Shown here piece by piece: positions 10,021 through 18,769 of a DNA stretch of 64,000 bases. Each line of letters opens with the position of its first letter. The first letter of the stretch is position 1. The translations under genes and the position numbers were made by a program. The notes beneath the pieces are model-generated. The model was not told where the DNA came from. It did not search any database and worked only from the letters and a program-made list of their open reading frames with translations. This DNA comes from an uncultured delta proteobacterium (GTDB taxonomy: Bacteria; Desulfobacterota; Desulfobacteria; Desulfobacterales; UBA2156): positions 64,001 through 128,000 of the forward strand of contig CAVTQK010000021.1 of NCBI GenBank assembly GCA_963736855.1, given 5' to 3'.

Positions 10021-10518
10021 ATGAGATTCTTAGCGCTATGGCGAACGATGGCAGCGGCGGTCGGCTTGCTGATGGCAGCCGCGTCGATAGCGCCGGCACA
10101 GGCCGATAGTCTCAACTTTTGCATCGACAGGTGCTTCAATACGTTTAATCCTCCCTCTGACTGCCCTACCTGCACAGGGGAAAGGGACCGATGCGTCGAG
10201 GAGTGCAGCAAACATGCGTACTCCTATGGCGCCATCGCCTACGGCCCCAGGAGCGGGGCCTGGGGCACCTCCTATCGCTGGCAGACGAAGGCAAAAGCGG
10301 AGAGCGAAGCGATGGCCAAGTGCTCGGAGCACGGCAGCGACTGCGAAGTGATGGTATGGTTCGAACACCTATGTGGAGCGGTGGCCACGGGCAGAGACGG
10401 GAAGGTTTCTTGGGGTCTGGGCGACGGCGAGGGTCTGGCGCGCAAAAAGGCCCTAGACAAGTGCGCGCAAGCCGGCGGCAAGGCTTGCAAGGTGCAAGTC
10501 TCACAGTGCTCGCGGTGA
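10021..10518 (+). CDS. Secreted Cys-rich DUF4189-like protein
   Basis: RBS GGAGG, signal peptide AQA, YGAIAY...AESEAMAKC...C..C.CGAVA...ALDKC...C...CS pattern. Confidence 0.75.
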   Translation: MRFLALWRTMAAAVGLLMAAASIAPAQADSLNFCIDRCFNTFNPPSDCPTCTGERDRCVEECSKHAYSYGAIAYGPRSGAWGTSYRWQTKAKAESEAMAKCSEHGSDCEVMVWFEHLCGAVATGRDGKVSWGLGDGEGLARKKALDKCAQAGGKACKVQVSQCSR

Positions 10519-10708
10519 GGGCCGACCACGCGCGTAAGATCAACGAGTATCTTCCGAACAAATCAGCCGGAAAGTTGTACATGTGGTTGTGCGCTTAGTG
10601 TTTCTGTTCTAAAAGGTTTCCAGGGGACCGCAGATACATATAAAGCCTAAAGCAGCCCGATAAGAAGCGCAAGATCCTGAGATACTTCATTCGCATAGGA
10701 GGTCTGAC

Positions 10709-12346
10709 ATGGTTGTACCAAGCCAGAATCTTGCCCTGAATGCACGCCTGCTGAAATCAAAAGTTAACAAATACGCCGTGTGGGGGGTTGCTATTTCTTT
10801 TGCGGCGATTGTTATCGCAACGATTATATCCGCCTTTTTACAGACTGGTGCGATCGCATTAGACAGCATTTTCGAGGCACAGATATCAAATATGGGCCTC
10901 TGGTTTCTTGATGCCATGCCGTTTGCCTTTGCTATTTGGGGGCAGTATATGGGTACCGTGATATCCAATGAGGCCAGCGCTATGATCGCCGACCAGACTC
11001 AGGAACTGAGGGATCAGGCCGACGCCATCGAGAAAAAGGCGATGCACGGCGCGACCCATGATGCCCTAACCGGGTTGCCCAATCGCGTTTTATTCAGGGA
11101 TCGGGTCCTTCAAGCAGTCCGGAATGCCAGGCGGGAGAAGCGGGGGCTGGGCATTTTACTGATGGACCTGGATCGATTCAAGGAGATCAACGACACCATG
11201 GGGCATTATAACGGAGATCGTCTTCTCAAACAGGTTGCCATGCGCCTTGAGAGTCTTGTACGCGAATCCGACACTCTTGCGCGGCTAGGTGGTGATGAAT
11301 TCGGCATTCTGCTGCAGTCGATCAGCGGTGAAGTTGACATCGGCACGGTGGCCGGGAAGATCCACAACGCCATCAGACCTTCCTTTACCGTAGAAGGACT
11401 GACCCTTGACGTGCAGGTGAGCATTGGGGCTGTGATATTTCCGGATCATGGCGATGATGTGGATGTCTTGATTCAACGCGTGGATGTTGCCATGTATGTC
11501 GCCAAGCAGGAAGGCAGGAATGTTGTCCTTTATTCCCCCAAAATGGATCAGCACAGCCCATACCGCCTGACACTCATCGGCGAATTGCGCAAAGCCATTG
11601 AAAATGATGACCTGGTGCTCCACTATCAACCTAAGGTGGATTGCAAGACCGGAAACGTCCTGGGGGTGGAGTCCCTCATACGATGGAATCATAAGACCCA
11701 TGGAATGATACCCCCGGATGAGTTCATTCCTATCGCCGAAAGGACCGGTTTAATAAAGCAGCTCTCACGCTGGGTGCTTAGAAACGCCCTGCACCAGGGG
11801 GTTGTGTGGCATGCGCAGGGGCTTGATATTGATGTCGCGGTGAATCTTTCAGCGCGCAACCTCCTGGATCCAGACTTTCCCGATGTGATTGCGGGCATGC
11901 TGGCATCCCAGGATTTCCCACCCTCTTCTCTCATTCTCGAAATTACCGAAACAACCATCATGTCGGATCCGGTGTTTGCACTGGAGACCATAAACCGTAT
12001 CTCCAAGATGGGAATCAGATTTTCCATTGATGACTTCGGCACCGGCTATTCATCCCTTTCATACCTGAAGAGACTCCCCATCAGTGAAATCAAAATCGAT
12101 AAATCTTTTATCATGGACATGCTGGGCAATGAGAACGATGCCGTCATCGTTCATACCACCATCAATCTTGCCCATAACCTAGGGCTTAAGGTTGTTGCCG
12201 AGGGGGTTGAAAACACGGAGACACTGGCGGCGCTTCGTGAGTCGGGCTGCGATATGGTACAAGGGTTTTATATCAGCAGACCCCTCAATAGTAAGGATAT
12301 CGGCGCATTGCAGGAAGGGTGGAGGTTAAACCATGGAACATCTTGA
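10709..12346 (+). CDS. Membrane-anchored diguanylate cyclase/phosphodiesterase (GGDEF-EAL)
   Basis: Two N-terminal TM segments, HDALTGLPNR, RxxD I-site plus GGDEF, ESL variant of EAL, DDFGTGYSSL. Confidence 0.93.
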   Translation: MVVPSQNLALNARLLKSKVNKYAVWGVAISFAAIVIATIISAFLQTGAIALDSIFEAQISNMGLWFLDAMPFAFAIWGQYMGTVISNEASAMIADQTQELRDQADAIEKKAMHGATHDALTGLPNRVLFRDRVLQAVRNARREKRGLGILLMDLDRFKEINDTMGHYNGDRLLKQVAMRLESLVRESDTLARLGGDEFGILLQSISGEVDIGTVAGKIHNAIRPSFTVEGLTLDVQVSIGAVIFPDHGDDVDVLIQRVDVAMYVAKQEGRNVVLYSPKMDQHSPYRLTLIGELRKAIENDDLVLHYQPKVDCKTGNVLGVESLIRWNHKTHGMIPPDEFIPIAERTGLIKQLSRWVLRNALHQGVVWHAQGLDIDVAVNLSARNLLDPDFPDVIAGMLASQDFPPSSLILEITETTIMSDPVFALETINRISKMGIRFSIDDFGTGYSSLSYLKRLPISEIKIDKSFIMDMLGNENDAVIVHTTINLAHNLGLKVVAEGVENTETLAALRESGCDMVQGFYISRPLNSKDIGALQEGWRLNHGTS

Positions 12347-13181
12347 TCCCATAGAGGATAGAAAGGCTACGCGCTTTCCCTTGTCAAGGGAAGAAGGTGT
12401 ATACTGCGTCATTTATAAGCCTAATGTACGGAAAAAGACCATGACCTTAGCCGTATTGGATTTTAGCGAAAAAGGCTTTAGGTTCATGATTAAAGCATAT
12501 TTGGAAAGCGACTTCTCAGTCTCAATTGGAGAAAAGCTATTTCTCATAGAAATCATCGGCACAAGGAATGTAAAATTTGAAAATCCGCTGGAACTCATCG
12601 TCAGATGGAAAAATAAAGATAATGAAAGGATAGATATTGGTTGTGAGATTATTCAAATCACGACGAATTCCAGGAAACAATTCATCGCTTTTATTGAGGC
12701 CGAAGTCTCCTTCAGCGGTATGGGGTATAAAGATCAAATCCCCATGGACTCAAGAGAAATAATTCCTTCGGAAAGCACTTTGGAACCTGAGCACCGAAAA
12801 AGTGGCCGAGATCTCAATGCCTCTCAGCAAGTGGTCTGGCATAAATATTGGCTGATCGGGATTAGCGGAGGATTTTTGATACTTCTATTGGCTTTTTTAT
12901 TTATTCTGCATACCACAGGAGCATTCACGGAGCGCCTTAACAGGATCGAGAACGACCATAAGACTTCACAAACAGCCCTCAAACCCGCCGAAGAGATAGG
13001 GGCCGCCATAAAATTGATCGACGCAAGAATAAACCAGTTAGAGGCATCAATACAGAAAAGCAATAATCAGTTCAATGCCGTTGAAAAAAGGATTACCGAG
13101 CTGGAACAAAAAGTCTCACGGCTGGAAAGTCTTTCCGCCTCTAAGAAATCTTCGGTATCAGATACCACAGTTACGAGGTAG
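12333..13181 (+). CDS. PilZ-domain membrane protein with C-terminal coiled coil
   Basis: RKATR (RxxxR) and DFSEKG (DxSxxG) motifs, one TM helix, heptad-rich tail; overlaps the upstream gene. Confidence 0.65.
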   Translation: MEHLDPIEDRKATRFPLSREEGVYCVIYKPNVRKKTMTLAVLDFSEKGFRFMIKAYLESDFSVSIGEKLFLIEIIGTRNVKFENPLELIVRWKNKDNERIDIGCEIIQITTNSRKQFIAFIEAEVSFSGMGYKDQIPMDSREIIPSESTLEPEHRKSGRDLNASQQVVWHKYWLIGISGGFLILLLAFLFILHTTGAFTERLNRIENDHKTSQTALKPAEEIGAAIKLIDARINQLEASIQKSNNQFNAVEKRITELEQKVSRLESLSASKKSSVSDTTVTR

Positions 13182-13319
13182 AGTTCGGAGCCTAACGCGC
13201 GTTACAACGTCGTGCAATAGGGAGAAAATCTTTTTAGAATCTTAACGCTCGATCTTGATAAAGATGCGCAGGCTGTCAAAGGAACCGATTAAGATACCAA
13301 GAAAAGAAGGAGTCAATCC

Positions 13320-14957
13320 ATGCCAATACAAACGAACCCCGGCGCAGGAATGACCCGCAATGACGAAGAGGCTGTCCTCAAGCAGCTGCGTCAGACTTTT
13401 AGCCAGCTGTCCAACGACATTCCGCTTTACCTCTTTGTAGCCCAAGACCAGGACGATGTATTCGTGCAGGCCATCCGTCAAATAGTGAGGGTCTTCAGGG
13501 AATTGAGCCCCCGGATCACCATCAAGGAACACTACCTGGACCACGCTTTGGCGACCAAGTGGCGCGTGGAAAGCTCACCGACCCTGCTCATCGATCCGGA
13601 ACATTATAATATCCGCTGGCTGGGCGCGCCCATGGGGGAAGAGGGCCGCTCTTTTCTAGAGGCCATGATCCTGCTAGGCCTTGGCCAGAGCCGTGTCAGC
13701 GACCAGTCCAAGACGGTTCTGCAGCGTGTGGATGCGCCTCGGCATCTGAAGATTTTTGTAAGTCCCACGTGTCCCTATTGCCCTCAGCAAGTCGTCAACG
13801 GCCTCAAGGCAGCCATCGAACGCCCGGATATGATCAGCCTTGAAATTATCGACATCCAGTGCCGCCCGGACTTAGCCGAGCAATACAAAGCCCACAGCGT
13901 GCCCCAGGCCTTTGCCAACGAAGTGCTCATCGGCATGGGTGCACAGCAAGAAGAAGTTTTCATGCTCTCTTTGCTGAAGCTCGATCCGCAAACGCTTTTT
14001 ATTCCCGAAAGCACGGCTCAGCTTGTGGAGACCGATCTGGTGGTCATCGGAGGCGGGCCTGCCGGTCTGACTGCCGGTATTTATGCCGTGCGCAGCGGCC
14101 TGAAGGTGGCACTGATCGAACGGGACGTCTTGGGCGGTCAGGTCGCGCTGACGCCCATCGTGGAGAACTACCCTGGGTTTACCCAGGTGGGCGGTAAGAC
14201 CCTGGTGGACATCATGGTCAGCCATGCCCTTCAGTACGTTCAGATTTTCCAGGGCGAGGAGGTGCTGGAGATCAAACCGGGAATGCCTTTTGAAATCCTG
14301 ACCACTCGCCGCAAATTTGTCGCCAAGAGAGTGTTGCTGGCCACAGGCGCTAAACACCGCAATCTGGGCGTGCAGGGTGAACGCCAGTTTTCCGGACGCG
14401 GCGTCAGTTACTGCGCCACCTGCGACGGCCCGTTGTTCAAAGGTCGCAAGGTGATCATGGTGGGCGGCGGCAATTCAGCGGTAACCGAGGCCCTGCACCT
14501 GCATCATATGGGCGTAGATGTCACCATGGTACACCGCCACGATACGCTGCGCGCCCAGGAGGTACTGACCCAGCAGCTGGAAGCCAATCATATTGCGATC
14601 CTTTGGAACACCGAGGTTCAGGAAATACTCGGCAAGGAGCGTGTGGAAAAGGTTCGGCTGATCAACAGCGTCACCGGGAAAACCAGCGAAATGGCGGTCA
14701 GCGGGGTCTTCATTGCCGTGGGTTACCAGCCCTGCGTAGATCTGGCCCAAAAAACCGGCGTAGAGCTCACCGCCGAGGGCTACATCAAGCACGACGCCTT
14801 CCATCGGACCAACATTCCAGGAATCTATTCAGCCGGTGACGTGGAGGGCGGCTACAAACAGATCGTCACGGCCACAGGCCAGGGTGCTGCTGCGGCTATA
14901 ACCATCTTCGAGGACCTGATCAATCCTTATTGGAAAAAACCCCAATCAAGCACCTGA
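13320..14957 (+). CDS. AhpF-like thioredoxin-domain + thioredoxin reductase fusion
   Basis: N-terminal thioredoxin-like domain with CPYC; GGGPAG, CATCDG, GGGNSA, AGDV. Confidence 0.88.
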   Translation: MPIQTNPGAGMTRNDEEAVLKQLRQTFSQLSNDIPLYLFVAQDQDDVFVQAIRQIVRVFRELSPRITIKEHYLDHALATKWRVESSPTLLIDPEHYNIRWLGAPMGEEGRSFLEAMILLGLGQSRVSDQSKTVLQRVDAPRHLKIFVSPTCPYCPQQVVNGLKAAIERPDMISLEIIDIQCRPDLAEQYKAHSVPQAFANEVLIGMGAQQEEVFMLSLLKLDPQTLFIPESTAQLVETDLVVIGGGPAGLTAGIYAVRSGLKVALIERDVLGGQVALTPIVENYPGFTQVGGKTLVDIMVSHALQYVQIFQGEEVLEIKPGMPFEILTTRRKFVAKRVLLATGAKHRNLGVQGERQFSGRGVSYCATCDGPLFKGRKVIMVGGGNSAVTEALHLHHMGVDVTMVHRHDTLRAQEVLTQQLEANHIAILWNTEVQEILGKERVEKVRLINSVTGKTSEMAVSGVFIAVGYQPCVDLAQKTGVELTAEGYIKHDAFHRTNIPGIYSAGDVEGGYKQIVTATGQGAAAAITIFEDLINPYWKKPQSST

Positions 14958-15120
14958 GGCTGTGGGAGGTCAAACCAAGGCCCCCACCCTGAATGGTCAA
15001 AACGCAGCTTGACCGCAAGCTGTTATCCGACTTAAACCGCTGCGGCTGGGAAAGCCTGAAGGCATATTCCAGTTTGGCCTCAAGAAATTCAACGGCAGTA
15101 CCCGGCGCCGCCATCGGCAA
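14946..15120 (+). pseudogene. IS91-family (rolling-circle) transposase fragments
   Basis: Translates to IKHLRLWEVKPRPPP* then DRKLLSDLNRCGWESLKAY...VPGAAI; the second piece is near-duplicated at ~16637. Confidence 0.6.
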
Positions 15121-15171
15121 TCGGGAATTAGGAATGAGAGTCTGAGAAATCACTGTGGGGATATCGTCCCG

Positions 15172-15801
15172 ATGCTCATAAAGCTGCCGTCCGGTCTAAG
15201 AATCTGTGTCTACCCCAGCCTTTTTTCGAGATTTCTGCACAGGGATCTTACCATTCGCAGTGGAAACGCCTTCCATCCCAGGCACGTAACCTCAAGGCTC
15301 TGCCTCGAGCTACTGGATCATGCTCTAGAATCGGGAGCTTGCATCAAGCTGCTCGACGTTGGCTGTGGGTCGGGGATTCTCGCCCTGGCAGGGGCCTCCA
15401 TGGGCATTCCCGTCGCGGTGGGGTTGGACATTGATCCACGTGCGGTTCTCTTGTCGCGTGAGAATGCACAAAGGAATCGGTTGGTGGGGAAGGCGCATTG
15501 GTTTGTGGGAACCGTCGAAGCATTGCAGGGTCGCTTCGATTGTATCATCGCAAATCTACCCTTCGAGGCAATCCTGGACAATCTGGATGACCTGGCAAGG
15601 CTGCTCGAATCGAAAGGACGATTGATCCTGTCCGGATTTCAGGATATCCAATGGCATGTAATCCACGATGAGCTCGCCCGCCGCGGAATGTCGATCGACA
15701 AAACATGTTCCGGTGATCTGTCGTTTTACGGAGTTCCTCCTTCGGGCAGTTTCACCTGGATGGCCGTCAGGGCAAGAAAGACAAAAGAGGTGGAGGCATG
15801 A
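15172..15801 (+). CDS. PrmA-like class I SAM-dependent methyltransferase
   Basis: LLDVGCGSGILA, DIDP, FDCIIAN, LILSG. Confidence 0.8.
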   Translation: MLIKLPSGLRICVYPSLFSRFLHRDLTIRSGNAFHPRHVTSRLCLELLDHALESGACIKLLDVGCGSGILALAGASMGIPVAVGLDIDPRAVLLSRENAQRNRLVGKAHWFVGTVEALQGRFDCIIANLPFEAILDNLDDLARLLESKGRLILSGFQDIQWHVIHDELARRGMSIDKTCSGDLSFYGVPPSGSFTWMAVRARKTKEVEA

Positions 15802-16562
15802 CTGACAAGGGTGTGGTTTTTTTCCCCGATCGCCACCTCGTCGCCACGCCGAGGGAATATCGGCTGGAACCCTATGAGGACGTGTTTTTTCAGGCTGAAG
15901 ACGGGACGCGCCTGCATGGATGGTTCATCAACGGAGCCGATGAGAGTGCGGTCCTGCTCTGGTTGCACGGGAATGCCGAGAACATAAGCCACTGCCTGGA
16001 TAGCGTTGGACGGCTTATCCACACCCTTCACATTTCGGTCTTTCTCTTCGACTACCGGGAATACGGCCTTAGTGAGGGGTATATTTCGAAGCTGGGTACC
16101 ATTTGCGACGCTCGCGGGGCCTATGCGTATCTCGCAAGGAAAAGGGGTTTCAAGGGTTCATCCATAATGTTGTTCGGTCGCTCGCTCGGGACTGCTCCGG
16201 CTGTTGACGTTGCTGCCAGGGAAGAGTGCCTTGGAGTTGTTCTCGAGGCCGCCTTTACGTCAAGTGATGACATGATGCAGTTATATTTCCCCCTCATGCC
16301 GAACCAGGACACCCAGGCATATAAGTTCGACAGCTTATCCCTCATAGACAGGGTTCGATCTCCCATCTTGTTTATTCACGGAGAGTTTGATCATACGATT
16401 CCAATTTCCATGAGCCGCCGCTTGTATGACAGAGCGAGGGCTCCGAAGTACTTCTATGAAGTCAGGGGGGCAGACCACAACAACACGGACATCGTTGGCG
16501 GCTCGGGGTACATCGAGGTGTGGCAGAATTTCATGAGAAATTGCGTTGACAATCGGTTATAG
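15798..16562 (+). CDS. Alpha/beta hydrolase
   Basis: HGNAEN, GRSLG nucleophile elbow, HGEFD, ADHN. Confidence 0.88.
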   Translation: MTDKGVVFFPDRHLVATPREYRLEPYEDVFFQAEDGTRLHGWFINGADESAVLLWLHGNAENISHCLDSVGRLIHTLHISVFLFDYREYGLSEGYISKLGTICDARGAYAYLARKRGFKGSSIMLFGRSLGTAPAVDVAAREECLGVVLEAAFTSSDDMMQLYFPLMPNQDTQAYKFDSLSLIDRVRSPILFIHGEFDHTIPISMSRRLYDRARAPKYFYEVRGADHNNTDIVGGSGYIEVWQNFMRNCVDNRL

Positions 16563-16636
16563 TGGTGGGGCAATCCAAATGTGAGGCTATCGAGCGGATG
16601 CGGTAACTATGAAGATCGATTCGAAAAAAATACAAT

Positions 16637-16971
16637 ATGACCGCAAGCTGTTTTCCGAATTAAGCCACTGCGGGTGGGAAAGTGTGAAGTGCTATTTTAG
16701 TACACCTCCCGTGGCAGATGCAAAAAAGCCGGGATCGATGAAATCCTCCTCTGCATGCTCCAATCGGAGTTGACCGATGCTCAGTTCCGGAAAAACTGGT
16801 CGTGCCTGATCCAAAAGATTTACCCGGTTGAATTTCCCGAAAGGAACCCTATTCAACCGGGTGAATGAGGTCGATCTCCTGATCTGTCCCAAGTGCCGGG
16901 GAAAAATGCGGGTGTTTGAGTTTATTGAAGATCCGGATGCGTTTGAAAAAATACTCAGACACTTGAACTTA
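16637..16971 (+). pseudogene. IS91-family transposase remnant (internally deleted and interrupted)
   Basis: YDRKLFSELSHCGWESVKCYF ... RKNWSCLIQKIY[insert]EVDLLICPKCRGKMRVFEFIEDPDAFEKILRHL. Confidence 0.7.
16819..16865. repeat. REP-like short palindrome inserted in the transposase remnant
   Basis: TTTACCCGGTTGAAT ... ATTCAACCGGGTGAA near-perfect inverted repeat. Confidence 0.75.
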
Positions 16972-17090
16972 TCTCTGATTATCAACCGGAGTTTTTGCCA
17001 TCACAGTTTATGTCATTTTTAAACAGTACAACTGATATTCATAATATTGAAGCTGGTTGAAATTGGATTTTTCTGGTTGTTTCACATGGC

Positions 17091-17504
17091 TCATCGCCAA
17101 ATAGCGAGTTTCAAATCATAGCTCGGTTCGTCATGAAATGCGATGTACGGAATCGCTCCTTGAAACAGCGCAATGGAGGTTCCCCATCCCACATCCGGTA
17201 AGTCTGCAACCTTTTGAATTATCCAAGCACTTCCATTCCAATATGCGTATTTGAGTATCTTCTCGCTTTCGCTGTTATAGCTGATATGGGGATGGTCGGC
17301 TCCGTCCAAAACCAACGAAGTGTCCCATCCGACATCCATTGCACTGTCCACGACCGAGATGCTCCACATCGATCCCGTCCAAGCGGCATATCTTAAATCT
17401 CCGTTAATGCTGTCGTAATAGCTGATGTGCGGATTTCCCGCGGCATCCAGCGCCAGTGAAGGATTGTCACCGACATCCCCTTCGGTCTCGATGGTGAGAG
17501 TGTC
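17091..17504 (-). pseudogene. 5'-truncated fragment of a repeat (beta-propeller-like) surface protein
   Basis: Open frame with no start upstream of 17369; three repeats of the pattern DVG..SL.LD..G.PHISY.D....L.YA.W. Confidence 0.6.
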
Positions 17505-17612
17505 TTAAGCGCCGAACGCTTCAGACCCATTTCCGGAAAGAGACAAAATTAAAAAGGGGATCATATAAATCAGATTCGGCCATTTTTTCATTTTGCCGCT
17601 CCTTTGATGTGT

Positions 17613-18482
17613 TTAGGGTGCCGTCGGAAGCCAGGCTAAAAATTCAGCTTCGAACTGATCAATGGATTTTCCGGACACCGTCTCGAAAGCGACCGAAAAA
17701 GGGTTTCCCTGGCCGATTTGAATGAGCATCGATTGCATCACAGGCATCCCAACGCCGGTGACCATGTATTCCATAGCCGCTGCAGTCTGGTAATAAATGT
17801 AGTGGACATAAGGGGTTTGCATCCATTGCTGCCACTGTGCTTCTGTGGTGAGTTGGTTCAAGGAAATATAAGTGCCCGACTGCAAGGCCTCTTTCGTGGC
17901 TTTTCGGTAATAAGACCTCAATGAAGCGGCGTCGGCGGGGGAGATGCTCGACAGCGTTCGAATCCCTTCCTCCGTCGCTAATCCTTCATCAAACCACTTG
18001 TAGTTGACCTGCGAATTCAAGCCGGCGATCTGTTCAATGATGCGATGGCTGTACTCATGGCCGATGAAGTCGGCGCCCCGACCCGGCGGCACCCACATTT
18101 CATAATCGGCGTTCATCCGGGGAATCACGCGATAGGTGCGGATCCATTCGGGATAACCCCAATAATCCACGAGGTCATTGGAGAGGTCTTCCATGGATCT
18201 GTAGACATAGATCCGCGGTCGGATATTCGGATAGGCCAAGTCCGTCCCAACAATTGCATGCGCAACGTCGAAAAAGGTCCCGATTTCCAATACCCTCTGC
18301 GATGGGACGCCGTCCTGAAAATAGACGGTGGTATGGGAGGAGTCAAAAATCCCGAATCCCGGCCGCTGATCAATACTAGCTTCTACGGAAATCAAGGATG
18401 CGGGATACTCCGCATAAACCCGAACGCTTAGAAACAAAAGAATCACGGCAGATAAAACGGTCTTGAGTGGTCGCGTCTTCAT
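17613..18482 (-). CDS. Secreted zincin (peptidase MA-like) metalloprotein
   Basis: Signal peptide, HEYSH followed by WFDEGLA. Confidence 0.75.
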   Translation of the reverse strand: MKTRPLKTVLSAVILLFLSVRVYAEYPASLISVEASIDQRPGFGIFDSSHTTVYFQDGVPSQRVLEIGTFFDVAHAIVGTDLAYPNIRPRIYVYRSMEDLSNDLVDYWGYPEWIRTYRVIPRMNADYEMWVPPGRGADFIGHEYSHRIIEQIAGLNSQVNYKWFDEGLATEEGIRTLSSISPADAASLRSYYRKATKEALQSGTYISLNQLTTEAQWQQWMQTPYVHYIYYQTAAAMEYMVTGVGMPVMQSMLIQIGQGNPFSVAFETVSGKSIDQFEAEFLAWLPTAP

Positions 18483-18769
18483 CTTTCCATTTCACCTGAA
18501 GAAGATAAAACGTCCAATTTCAGGAAACGCTTTTGAATTCAACATGAAAAATGAATTGAGTGTTCGAGTCGACGCACAATGTTTTTGCGACTCAAATAAG
18601 TTGAAGTCAGGGCCTCAATGCTAAAACGAGCTTCAATAAAGGGTGAACACTTGATACTGATAAATTTGGGTAATTGTCAAGAACATTAGAGATTGATTGA
18701 TTTTTAATTGCCATTGATTAAAATTTTTGAGAAAAGGTTTTATCAGATTCTTTTTAAGGAGATGACCTC

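Noticed and set aside
10600..10708. c-di-GMP riboswitch upstream of the GGDEF-EAL gene
   Set aside because: The consensus GGCAAA...GAAA...GCAAAG two-hairpin pattern is not present.
13183..13210. Possible integron attC site (GCCTAAC...GTT); similar GTTCGGC motifs at ~17510 and ~58749
   Set aside because: No paired L/R boxes forming a full attC could be traced, and there is no integrase in the window.
13320..14957. Selenocysteine read-through in redox genes
   Set aside because: Redox motifs (CPYC, CATC) use Cys codons; no in-frame TGA at a catalytic position was seen here or in the FeS genes.
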